Part shown: piece after piece, positions 13,696 through 25,655 of the stretch | Layout of the letters: every line of letters begins with the position of its first letter | How positions within the stretch are numbered: the stretch's first letter is position 1 | Assembly: GCA_037379345.1 (NCBI GenBank) | Contig: CM074516.1 | Coordinates: 20,770,001-20,834,000, forward strand | DNA length: 64,000 nucleotides | Source of the DNA: Perna viridis | Taxonomy: Eukaryota | Reading direction: 5' to 3' | Program-made: the position numbers and the translations under genes | Notes under the pieces: generated by a model | What the model was told of the DNA's origin: nothing | The model's database searches: none | The model's input: the letters and a program-made list of their open reading frames with translations, nothing else

Positions 13696-14047
13696 GAAAT
13701 AGAAAAAACTACAAAAATAGCACGTTTTGATAATTATCTACTTACTAACATCAGGAGAATGAAATCTGTCATTTCAAATTAGTTTTATGTGCGACAAGAA
13801 AATGTCTTTCAATTTTCGATTCTCAATCAATTAATATATAATCTTTGAAAGATCTATTAAGAAAAAAAATTAATAACTACAAACGAAAACCATATATGAA
13901 GAGTAAGTGGTGCTATTCATTTCATGGATGGAGTTTTGGCTTGGAGTCATAGAGTGGATCCAGACCTATTAATAGATTTTTTTTCAGTGATGTCAATGAA
14001 GTCAATCTGGCATTCAAATGTTCTTCTGTAAAGTTTTACTCCAACAC

Positions 14048-14154
14048 TACACAGGCAAATGTGTCACACATGACAATCATATGGTTTGCATCATATGATT
14101 ATCATATAAATGGAGCACCATATGATAATCATATGTGGCATATTTGGCTGTGTA
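14048..14154. mobile_element. Small TA-flanked foldback MITE with CATATG repeats
   Basis: tacacaggcaaat ... atttggctgtgta. Related to 23482-23672. Confidence 0.65.
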
Positions 14155-14857
14155 CTCAATGACTCTAGTCTAATTCTCCATTGTAAGATTCCACTCTGTA
14201 AAGTACATGGTACCAGAATACTAATGTAACCATTTTTTTTTATTCTGAAGAGCCATAACTTCAAGTTCCCCAAACAGTTCCATTTTTCTGCTTGTGGATC
14301 CATTAATTATGAATGTTATTGAGTTATTGATATTGAAGTCTACCATTTATTGAAAACTTAGATTAGAAGGTGTTATGATGATTATATATTGTAAAAACAG
14401 CTGCAGGAATCACATGATTTAGTAAAATTCTTCTAGAGTGAGATGTTTGATTTCAGAATATTTGATTTTTTGAGTAGTCATAAGTGTCATTAATACATAT
14501 GTAATCTTGATTACTATTGAATGGATAGAAACATATGCATCAGGCAGATGATATAATTTCTGTTCTGTGTAAGGCCACTTCAAGTTATTTTTTAGATTCT
14601 CATTCCTTCTGCACTTTAAGATATCTGTTTGTTTTTATTTATCTTTGAGACTGACTTTCATGTTGTTTTATTTTTGTTTTTATTTAAATGTGAGGCTGAC
14701 TTTTATAAGTTGTTTTTTTTTGGTAAAGATGTAGAGAAATATCTTTCTGTGTACCTTATTATTTCTAAAAAAGATAACGAGAAAACAAATGATTTTCTTC
14801 CTTTCTGGTCCCTATGTGAGAGGTTAATGGGAAAATAAAAATTATTTGAAATAACTT

Positions 14858-15079
14858 TAGGCTAAATTAAAAAGATGTGTGTTTCCTATTACCCTAATCA
14901 ATCTATTTTTTTTTAACTAAAAATAGTGTTTCCTAAGTTGCTTTTGGTCATTTTTCAACAACCACTGTTAAAGCCAGAACATAGACTCCATGTAAAAGTA
15001 AAAATAGTTAAATAAAGAAACCCTGCCTACCCTTTTTTCAAAGGTGTAATAGGAAACACACATATTCTGTTTTGGCCTT
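14858..15079. mobile_element. MITE with GGCC(A)n-type TIRs (Harbinger-like)
   Basis: taggctaaa..atgtgtgtttcctattacc ... gtaataggaaacacacatattctgttttggcct. Relatives at 19259-19465 and 50850-51075. Confidence 0.6.
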
Positions 15080-15262
15080 GTATTCAAACATTGTCCATTT
15101 GCAGGTTAGGAAAACAGCAACATTGGTAAATTGACATTTTAAGAAGTTTTTTTATGCAATTATGCCATTAAATTTTCACTATGTACAACCAAAATGCCAT
15201 GATATGGGGTAAAATAACTTTAAAAGAAGTTTTAAATAACTAAAAATATGTGTTTTTCATAG

Positions 15263-16070
15263 CTTTATAGCTGATCTGATGAGAAAGAAAGAATATTGTT
15301 TGGCTAGATCCTTCAATCTCAGTTTCCGCTATATATATGACGTATTATCTTTGAACAATCCTTATTTTGGGGATTTGATATATCGTATCTACCCAAAAGA
15401 ACTTGAGATAAAGGATACTACAGACACTGTGCAGTCAGCTTCATATCTTGACATATACTCAGAAATCGATGGTAGAGGAAAACTTTTGTCAAAACTTTAT
15501 GACAAACGTGTTGACTTTTCATTCAGAATTGTCAACTTTCCTTTCATCTGTGGCAACATCCCTTCGGCTCCTGTGTATGGAGTGTTTATATCACAACTCA
15601 TACGTTATGCCAGAGCTTGCCGAATCTACGCAGACTTTTTGTATCGCGCTAGAACTCTAACAAATAGACTTCTGGAACAGGGTTATGTGCAACAAGATTG
15701 AAGTCATCACTACAGAAATTTTATGGTCGTCATCATGAACTCATGGATCGTTATGGTGTATCCATCAGCACCATGAAAACTGATTTATTCAATGGGTGAT
15801 AGTTTTCCTTTCCTCGTTTCTCTACCCCGGAGTTGACTTTTTATGAGCAACTCGGCAGGTGTTTCTAGAGAAGCAGAGGATGCTTACCCTACTGGTGCAC
15901 CTGATCCATGCTCCCAGTTTTTAGTGGAGTCCGAGTTGCTCATTTACTTTTGTTACTTTGTATATATGATTTTAGTTACTTTATGTTCTTTGTTGTGTAT
16001 GTCTGTTTTCCATGTCTGGTCTTTGTCCCTGGATTACATTCTATAACCTTGGTTCCCTTGATTACTCTTT
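15263..16070 (+). mobile_element. 5'-truncated Penelope-like retroelement (C-terminal RT palm/thumb pseudogene plus 3' UTR), probably Naiad-type
   Basis: ORF FRYIYDVLSLNN (YIDD mutated)...SASYLD...LYDKRVDFSFRIVNFPFICGNIPSAPVYGVFISQLIRYARAC. A 1-nt frameshift lies at ~15689, then RLKSSLQKFYGRHHEL...DLFNG* at ~15800. RT is C-terminal with no downstream GIY-YIG. Confidence 0.85.
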
Positions 16071-16374
16071 CACTAATGTAATTTCATCTCAGATGCCAGA
16101 TAGGTTTTCATATTGCACTGTAAGAGTTCATAATTTTTTTGACATGTTGCTTTCAACCATGTTGAATTTATTGTTGTTATTTCTGGCTGGTCAGTTCATT
16201 ATTCCACCTCATTGGAATATAGTTATAATTATCTTGTTAGCTTTAACAATTGACATAGCCTAATGAATGATAATGAAAGCAATGATTCCGGAAAAACAAC
16301 AGAAATTAATATGTTCTGGACAGAGTGTAGGAGATCATTCACTATACTATGTCACCTGATTACAATGATTTAGC

Positions 16375-16577
16375 TGTGTCTTGTCTTGTCTCAGTTTTAT
16401 TTTGCCTTGCGTCTGGTCTTGTCTTGAGCTTTTTTAGCATCATGTCTTGTCTTGTCTTGTTTTAGCTTTATTTAGCTTTGTGTCTTGTCTTGTATTGTAT
16501 TGTCTTATTTTTATTGGCCTTGTGTCTTATTTTATTCAGTCTTGTGCTGTATCTTAGGCTTTGTCATGATAACACTG
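16375..16577. repeat. (GTCTT)n-rich low-complexity tract, possible MITE end (…ataacactg)
   Basis: Repeated tgtcttgtcttg. Confidence 0.6.
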
Positions 16578-18015
16578 GTAATATTTGAAGATTGGAACAG
16601 ATTTTTTCAACCAAAATTTTGTTGATGAAAATGTTAGGAGCTAAGAAGTTATTCATCTTTGCTAGTCTTGGGTATTAAGGAGCAATTTAGATTTAAGCCA
16701 TCAGAATTTCAAAAGACAAGGGTAAAAGATATGAAGAGTTATAATGAACAAACAATGAACAGGGAGTGAAAGAAAACTATGCACAAAAAAAAACTTCTGT
16801 AAATGAAAATTTACAACCTTGGCATGGCTAAAGATTGGTAGAATTTAAAGAATCACTTTATAGCAGGTGTTAAATTTGGCAGTGATGAGGCAAAAATTTT
16901 TGGGCAGGCTAAGTGGTGCACTAAGTGGTGTAGCTGAGAAAAAAAATGCAGAATTTAATTTGGTGTCTTTAGACTGCTTATATACACCAAAATTTTCAAC
17001 CTGTAAAAAATTATCTGCTGAATAGTATAAGATTTATATGTAGCCTTAAAGTATATTATATCCTAAATATTTTTTTCATTTATGTTCATTTACTTAAGTT
17101 GTATATTTGTTGATAAAAATGAGATATTTCCAAATGATATTGCCATTAATTACAATAAATGGCTACTTTTTTCTGATGACTGAATGTTGGTCTTAGTTGA
17201 AAATATGATGTCTTACAATTATAACATAACATTTTCAATAACAAAAAATTCATCACTTTACAAATACATCCACCACATGAGGAAATGTAAATCTGTCTTG
17301 ATAACCATTTTCATGTAAGAATAAATGAGGACTTCTTTGCCAGCATTTGAGACTTTTTCATTGCTGTACTTTTTTTACAAGACAAATAGTGACCCTGACC
17401 ATCTTTGTCCCATGAGCTCTTGGTTCGTTAATTGGTTAGCAGAGGTGGAAAACTGTAATTTTTGTAAATCAATAATCCACAATTTCTTGTATGGTAGTAC
17501 AAATTGAATGCTCTCTTGTTTGTCTGTGGCTTTGTAAATACGGAAATTTTCATTAATTACTAAACTTTCAACAAACGATCATTTTTACGCTCAATATTTA
17601 ACTGGTATTGTCTGCTGTGTTTGTTAATTACAAATATTTGGATTGTACTTTTGTAAACAAACTTTACAAAGAGGAATCCTAATAAAAAAACATGATATAA
17701 TATATGTCAAGTGATATTGCAATACACAACAGCTGCTTGCTGTTGAAATTTTACAGCTATGTGAAGAAAGTTTTCTATTTCTTTATGTATATTGATCCAG
17801 AATAAAATATATTTGTATCGCCTGGTGTGAGTCCCTCAATCAACTTGATATACAATACACATTTGTCTATATAGTTTACATTATTTTCCACAATGACTGA
17901 TTTTTTACTATTTATCTTGAAATTCAGTGCTTTAATTTCACAGAGTAAAAGCGATAAGTTTTAATGAAGGAAGTGATAGAATTCGTAAAACATTTGATTA
18001 CAATTTGTGTTTTAG

Positions 18016-18111
18016 AATCTGATCCAAGTGATATGTGACTGAGTCTTCTCCAGATAGTTACGGATGTTGGACAGACGATGGGAGATATTCAACCACTTTT
18101 CGATCATTCAT
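18016..18111 (+). CDS. Candidate 96-nt exon, mostly 5' UTR; possible coding part 18064-18111 (MLDRRWEIFNHFSIIH)
   Basis: Acceptor tttgtgttttag and consensus donor gtaagt. All three frames from the exon start are closed. The ATG at 18064 is in frame with exon 55697. Confidence 0.45.
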
Positions 18112-19258
18112 GTAAGTGTCTCATTATGTTTTATTGTCATTCTGAAATTATATGATAGTCTTTATTGTCTTTAAGATTATTAAATAATGATGTAATCACA
18201 GAAAGAAAATCAGATACACAGCGAGGGGACAATAAAGATACAGTGTACATTAATCGTATGTCTGGTGATCTTTTCTACAAGATTGTATCTTATCCTATAG
18301 CGTTAATTTTGGCTTTCTATAGTGCTTGTACATAAAAAAAAAACCACTGACATAGATCTGCCATAAGATTTTTTCTCAAGCTTGAATAAAAATTGATAAA
18401 ATAAATCAACCAAAATTTTTCACCAGGAGCTTTAAAAGAAAAAGTGTTAAACTAAAATTATCATAGCTTTCCAAATAAACTGAAATTTTACACTCGTATG
18501 GTACCATATGGTATTTTTAACTGCCCTTCTATCAGATGCATCGAGTAAAAGTATTGTATTGCAGTCATAATGGTCCGTCTGCAATGCAATATGGAAAAAG
18601 TGTACATGAGTGCAAATACAACCAACACTCTAAACAAGTAAATCAAGCATATGCTTGTTGGATTTAGTTCCTGATCTATTTCATGTCAGTTGGTATATGA
18701 TCTTGAACTTTTTAAAGATAAACTATTCATTTTAATTTTTGTAAAAAGGCATGAAATTATGTCATAAAACTGTATAAATAGGTCTGGTATTGGATCAATC
18801 ACATAACAAATTTAACATTGCACTGGTTGCCTATACTTTCTTCTGGAACTCTTCTGGATAATGAATATACTGCTTCCTGTGTCTGGCTCAAATATTTCAC
18901 CACCTCTCGTTAACCTGCAATATAGGCTTATTTTGTGTGATGTAACCTGAAAACTTTAAAAACAATTTAATAAACTTTTATTGCCCTACAATTGATGCAT
19001 TTATCTACATGGTTTCACTATGGGGACCAATTCAGTCTTAACTTAAAATGATTATGAACAATAAATGCAGGTTGGTTATAGGATTAGAACCAATAATTTA
19101 TGCCTTTCTAGACAGATAATCTGTATTTTGATCTTAAACTCTGTCATAATTTGGATTGGGCATAAAATGCAGTCACCTTCAATTTTGCTTCAGGGAATGT
19201 TGATGCATGTGAAATCTTTGAACATTTATCAAGGTGATGTATTGATTCTTCTTTACAT

Positions 19259-19465
19259 AAGGCAAAAAAAATTATCGACTTGTTTCCATCTACCAGCAAG
19301 AAAAAAATAGGTAGGTAGGTAGGTAGGTAGGTAGGTTTTTCAAACATTTTATATTAAGTAAATGGGGCAACATTCTAGACTCAAACAGTGCTTGAGCCAA
19401 AATGACTATAAAATGTTTAGGGCAGGTAGGGTAATATGAAACAGATATATTATTTTTTTTGGCCC
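19259..19465. mobile_element. Harbinger-like MITE containing (TAGG)n
   Basis: taaggcaaaaaaa..tgtttc ... gaaacag...ttttttggccc, with a TAGG run at 19308-19335. Confidence 0.55.
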
Positions 19466-20546
19466 AAGAAGTTATTATAGGAGTAAAAACAGTTTTTGAG
19501 TGTATTTGTGTATGGGCATGGCTTAATAACTTCTAGTAAATAAATCCTAAAAGGCTTTCATTTCCTCTCTTACTTACCGCTGCAGACAGGCCTTTCAAAG
19601 TTCTCTGACATTATTTAAATCAGATGTTGTTTGACAATTGGATAACATCTTGTAAAATCATTCACATTTTTCCAGCTTTGCTAGATTCTTGTATTTTCTG
19701 AGACGACTGGCTGCAGCATCTAGAGTGAATTTCGAATGTCAGACACTGCTTTGGAACTTGAAAAGGCTTGATATAAAGTTAATTGTTAGAGAGTTGGCAA
19801 GTTATTATGCCAACAAACTCTTCTAAAACAGGTTTTATTCCTTACAATTCCACACTGTAAATTATTTTCAGCTTTGAAGCACTTTATTTCATTTGAAAGG
19901 GACTATTTCATTGTCTCAAATTAATACACAACAACCTTTCATAAAAAATTAAAGTAACCAATCAAAATCAATCTACCAATCAATACTGGAATGTTATAAT
20001 TTGATATAAGATTTTAAATTTTTGTTTTTTGTTCAAAGAAAGTTTACCATTTCATAGCTTATTTTGAGTTATCTCCACTTGTCAGAGCATAACATTGAAG
20101 TACATGTATCCACAAGCATTACTCTTACTCTTGCATAAATCCATGTACTTTTTTTCAAGTTTCAAAGAGTAAGTTGAGTTCCTGAGCTCAAAGACTTGGC
20201 CCCTGTTGTCTTTCACCATGTGGCAGTGACATTAATTGAATGACCCAATTTCAAGTTTTTAAGAGAATTTGTAAAAGTCTTTAGAAAATCATTAAATGCT
20301 GATTTGGACTGCTGTGTATTGTATCTTAAGGGTGAATTGTTTTAAAAAATGATAATTAAATTTACAATTTATTAGCCATCAATGAAATTACACTGTTTAT
20401 GAACTGCTCAAGAAACATTATACAGATCATTTCAATTAACTGAGGGTAATTGATGAGTGTGCACAGCACTTATTTTAGGAGGTATGGTTTGGGGACCAAA
20501 ATATTTTTTTTGCAATATATTTGACATACCCCCTAGCAGAATAAAA

Positions 20547-20766
20547 TTAAGGAGGTAGACCTAGGGTAAGGGAAATAACTCTTGAAATCAGTGATATGTT
20601 TGTATGATATTCAGTTTCAGCAAAGCCTTTCAAGGTTTCCTTTGAAATAGAATGAAATAAGTCTGAGTTACTCTGATGCTTACATGAGATTGATGTAAAA
20701 TGGTAAATACAAACGATCCAATGATTTGTAAGAGTTGTGTCCCTTACCATAGGTCTACCTCCTTAA
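20547..20766 (+). mobile_element. MITE family B, complete
   Basis: ttaa|ggaggtagacctagggtaaggg ... cccttaccataggtctacctcc|ttaa. Confidence 0.92.
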
Positions 20767-21257
20767 AAGGTTCTTTTATGAGGATGATAGATATGAGATT
20801 AAGGAAGTTTTTAATTTAAAAGAAGATAGTATGATTTTAACAAATAAACATCATTGAAGGTTATATTAAACCCACATCTAAATGTATTAATCTTTCAAAT
20901 ACAATAAATCATTATTTTTTGATAATTATTATAAAATGTATATTATTTTTCAATACTTTATTTAAGTATTAGCTGATATCCTTGAAGTAAGAAATAGTCA
21001 TTTTTAAATGATTTATATGCAATAATCTGTGTATCCTTTGAAATGACAGTTTATACATTGATTATCCTATATTGATATCTCTGTCTGCCTACAGTTTGCC
21101 CTGAGCCCAAATACAGCCGATGAAAAAAATATATGAACTCATCTTAATAATTTGAAGCATGAAAGATTCATATGTAAATGAGACGAATAGTTGTACTGGA
21201 GGCTAGATATAAAGTGAATCACTGGCTTGTCATTTATAATTACAAAAGGTATATAGA

Positions 21258-21564
21258 GACCAAGGCCACAGCAAAACATTTGTTCTTGTTGACCAAGGCT
21301 ATTGGAGTACATTTATTCCTGCTGACTAAAGCTGTTGGAGTGCATTTGTCCCTGCTTACCAAGGCTATTTGAGTACATTTGTTTCTGCTGACCGAGGCTT
21401 TTTGAGTACATTTGTTTCTGCTTACCAACGCTATTTGAGTACATTTGTTTCTGCTGACCGAGGCTTTTTGAGTACATTTGTTTTTGCTGACCAAGGCTAT
21501 TTGAGTAGATTTGTTCCTGCTGACCAAGACTATCGAAGTACATGTGTACTGTCTTACCAAGGCT
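21258..21564. repeat. 33-bp minisatellite, ~9 copies
   Basis: Unit gaccaaggctatt(g/t)gagtacatttgtt(t/c)ctgct. It explains the 11-aa repeat ORFs in the ORF track. Confidence 0.9.
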
Positions 21565-21859
21565 TGGCAGCAACCATTTGATATTTTGGGGGAGGCTATG
21601 GATTTTTTTTTGAATAAAATGCTTGATCCAAAATTTTTTTGAAAAAAAATTAATTGGTCTTCAAAAATGTGAAAATTATATTGTTTGTTCAACTCTCAGC
21701 TTTTAAGCTTTATATTGGAGTACATATGTTGGCTATTTAAGTACATATGTTTCCAATGACTAAGGCTTTTGGAGTGTGTTAATATCTCCTTACCAACAAT
21801 GTTTCCAGTGGTCATCAGTTGGATTACATGTGTATGTTTTTCCCTTTTTACCATCAATT

Positions 21860-22062
21860 AAAGAGTAATCAAGGGAACCAAGATTCTAGTGGAAATAAAA
21901 AGAATGTAATCCAGGGACAAAGACCAGACATGGAAAACACACACACACACAACAAAGAAACAACCAAAATATGAAATAACCAAAATAATACATACAGAAT
22001 AACAAAAGGAAATGAGCAACTTGGACTCCACTTAAAACTGGAAGCATGGACTAGGTGCACCA
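21860..22062 (-). mobile_element. Penelope-like element, 3' end fragment
   Basis: aaagagtaatcaagggaaccaag...aatgagcaacttggactccac...gcatggactaggtgcacc. Confidence 0.88.
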
Positions 22063-22259
22063 AGCAAGTTTGTTCCTTCTGACCATCAGTTAAAATGAAT
22101 TTGTTCCTTTTATCATCAGTTAAAGTGCATTTATTCTCTCTGACCATGAATTGGACTGCATTTATTCCCTCTGTAGTCTATTGAATTTTACCTTGACTGC
22201 TTTTACTTTAGAAATAAGAAAAGTATAATCAAGCTTTTTGTATAGTGTAATTATTTCTA

Positions 22260-22500
22260 AGCCGCTTACTTGTATATTTGAATGGATGTAAATTTTCTCT
22301 TTAAGAACCGAAGAGACACGCGACAAATTCATCTTCTTGACACAACCCATAGAAAAACGCAGAATGGAAGATGGAATCCTTATTCAATTCTCAACATGTC
22401 AAATTTAATTCCTTCAGACTTAGCACGGATTAATCTCACCAAGACGGGAATCGTTGACTATGTCAACAACCGGGAATGACAAATCCCCGATTTATAAACA
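22260..22500. promoter_or_regulatory. CpG-retaining unique patch (candidate regulatory element)
   Basis: About 10 CpG in 240 bp against about 2 in the following kb; no other copy seen in the window. Confidence 0.35.
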
Positions 22501-23481
22501 TATTTGATTGGTTCACATCATTGATTTCAATTGAAGTGACATTGCAGTAATTGGTGATTATATCTTGGAGGAGTCTCTGAGAGATAAGAAAATATTGCTG
22601 ACATTAAAATCTCAGTCAACTAAAATATACAGTGGATTTAACTGAATTGAAAAATCTTGGAAATCAGATTTTATTGACAGAATATTTTTCTGATCTGTTA
22701 TTGTTTGTTTGTTAGTATGTTTGTTTGTTTTGATTTTATTTTGTTAAGTTGTATCAGAAGATTGCTTGTAGGATAAATATATGACATGCCAACAGTGCTG
22801 TTAGAAAATTAAAACAGAATTTAATTGTTTTTTTTTTGTCTTATTTGCAAGATTAGTATTGAATGCTTAAGTTTGAAATCTTATAAACCATCTTTTTTTC
22901 GCATCTCATGATATCATGTCAAGTTTGCTGATTTTTGTTTTTGCAAGGAACACTCTGTCAAATATCTTATCAATTATTAAGGGCCCTATTTACAACAGTT
23001 TTTTTTGTGAATTTATCTTGCTTCTGAAATTAGCAAAATAAATCGCTTGCAAAAATTAAATGTTTAACAGTAACCAGAAAACTAAATTATATACACATGA
23101 CTCCTAAACAAAGTATGAGTAATATATGAAGCTGTTGCTTCATTATAATATTAAAACACCAACTACATGTTTGTTACATGTATTCAGGTCTTGATTCAGA
23201 TTATGGATGTTTTATTGTTATCAATATACAGTTTGGTTGATCTTTGAATAGATCTGCCTGTTTCATAAAAAAACTTTGTATTGAGTTTTCCTCAAATTTC
23301 ACTAAATCAGCCAATCAGGGCTTTTTGATTTGAAGATTAGAGGTAAATTTTTTTATTTGAATGAATGGAAAGGATCAGGTACACTGTGACTGATTTTGGC
23401 CCAATTTTGTTAAATTACACTAATTACAAAAATGGTCATAGAAAAATGTCATTGTAGTGATCATTTCTTTTTTCCAGCAGG

Positions 23482-23672
23482 TACACTGCCAAAAGTGCCA
23501 CATATGATTCTCATATGTAACTATTTGATTATCATATGTTTGTGAAACTATAATCATATGATACTCATATGTAAACTGAAACATATGTTAATCATGTCAT
23601 GCTTGATTCAATATTATGCTATTGGTATGTTAAGTTCATTTGAATTTCAGGTGTGTCACTTTTGGCTGTGTA
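23482..23672. mobile_element. TA-flanked MITE with CATATG cluster
   Basis: tacactgccaaaagtg ... cacttttggctgtgta TIRs and six CATATG. Confidence 0.7.
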
Positions 23673-24379
23673 GAAGTTTGCGTGGAATTACATACCAATT
23701 TGCAAGAAAATTAGGGGCAGAATTGATTAATTGAAGTACCTCAGCCTATTGAAATAACAGTATTAAAGCTGAGTAAACAAACAGGTGATCAGTTCCAAAA
23801 GGAATAAAATTGATCCATGGTTCTCATTAAATGTTATGCTATAGTATAGAACTCAATCTGATGGAATGATTGGTATGGGGAAAGATAAGATGTTGAAATC
23901 ATGAATTTTTTCCAGGCATGTTGAGTTTATTCGACTTTATTACATTTTTGTGCATGGAATGAATTAATTTGAAATCACTGCTCAGTTTATATGGACAAAT
24001 AAGTGAATTATTCTGTATTTGTGGGTTATACTGAATTGTAACAAGAATGACTAAGGAAGAGGATTTGTCTTTGAGTTTTAATAGCACTGGGTGATGATTA
24101 TAAATCTATTTCTCTGGAAGAGTTTAATAAGTTAAAGTAAACTTTCATGTAAAATTAATGATCAGTGTCTGTTTTTAGTCACAGATTTGTCTCAGAATGT
24201 TTGCCTGAGGTATGAGTACAGGTTGACTTTAGAATCGTGCATAATGTTATATGGCAATAAGTCATTTTCAAATAAACTAAAATCTTTCAGAAAGTCACAT
24301 TTATGACTAGATAAAGTGATGCCCCTGCATTTATCCTTCATACAGCTATATCATAACTCATAATTGTAAAAGCACTTTG

Positions 24380-24970
24380 TCAGATGTGTTATTGTGTCTG
24401 TGAAACACAAATGATGCCCCTGCATGTGGTTTTGAGTAAAACTCAGCATAGCTGAACAACACTTAAACTCAATCTGTAACTAATCGTGACAGACTCACAT
24501 ACCAAAAATCAGTCAAATATCTTCAAGCATTTACAAAAAAAAAGCCAAAAACTATTATTTCAATACAATTTTTAAAGTGCAGGGCCCATTATTTTGGTAA
24601 AACTCAGCATGGAAGAATGAAACTTATACTCGATTTGTAACTAATCATTACAGACTCACATACCAAAAAGCAGTTCAATATCTTTAAGGGTTTACAAAAA
24701 AGTGCAGAAAACTGTTATTTCCATGAAATTTTTAAAGTCCAGGGCCCATATTTTTAGTAAAACTCAGCGTAGCGGCATGAAACTTTAACTTTTTCTGTAA
24801 CTAATCATGACAGACTCACATACAAAAAATCAGTTCAATATCTTCAAGGATTTTCCAAAAAAGTGCGGAAAACTTATTGGACAGACAGAATTACAGACGG
24901 ATGGAATTACGGACGGATGGACAGGGGTAAAACAATATGCCCCCAACTTATCGTTGCAGGGGCATAATAA
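24380..24970. mobile_element. Helentron-associated non-autonomous element (HINE-like) with ~160-bp internal tandem repeats
   Basis: Units start taaaactcagc at 24437, 24598 and 24758. They are followed by a (GACA/GACG) microsatellite and the terminal hairpin tatgcccc...ggggcata. Confidence 0.85.
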
Positions 24971-25406
24971 AAAAAACAAATACAATATAAGTTGTTTCTA
25001 AGGTTGGGAAAGTATAAAAAGTACTCTTATAGTTTATTTGAATTCTATTGAAAAATATTTCCTGCCATTATTTTCACTACATATACAACATCTAGTCATT
25101 ACTATGCATTCACACTTTTATCAAAGAAGGTTGATAGAATATATGGCTGTATCCATGATGCTCTGCATGATTCTTACGGTAACCTGTAGTTGAAATCATG
25201 AAAAATACATTCACACTGAGCAAGGATATGTATCATTAATTTATCATGTTCTTTATGTGAGTGCATGGTGCATGTATCGTGGTAATATCACTATATTATG
25301 TCTGTTATCAAAGTACAGACGTCTTTGTACTGTAATAAAAGCCATGCATTGTCTCCATTAAAAGAAATTAACACCAAATTAAGAAAAACTTGTGGTCCAC
25401 ATATAA

Positions 25407-25655
25407 GTGAACAACATGTAATGTGACCTATAAAGATGGTATAATATACCTGTTCTGCTGACAGGGAGTGAACAGCATGTAAAGTGACCTATAAATATGG
25501 TCTAATATACCTGTTCTGCTGACAGGGAGTGAACAACATGTAATGTGACCTGTAAAGATGGTATAATATACCTGTACTGCTGACAGGGAGTGAACAGCAT
25601 GTAAAGTGACCTATAAAGATGGTCTAATATACCTGTACTGCTGACAGGGAGTGAA
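25407..25655. repeat. 61-bp minisatellite x4 (122-bp dimer)
   Basis: Units at 25407, 25468, 25529 and 25590. Confidence 0.95.

Noticed and set aside
15795-15943. Selenocysteine TGA plus SECIS in the Penelope-like element
   Set aside because: The TGA is TCA in the 61096 copy and sits immediately before TAG. The ATGA in the hairpin is Watson-Crick paired to TCAT, not part of a GA quartet.
15843-16046. Recurrent small ORF MSNSAGVSR... (also 60786-61055, similar at 57378)
   Set aside because: It lies in the retroelement 3' UTR. The recurrence reflects repeat copies, and the C-termini and frames differ between copies.
21240-21692. 150-aa Cys-repeat ORF and overlapping ORFs
   Set aside because: By-product of a 33-bp minisatellite that is open in several frames; it runs into a MITE fragment.
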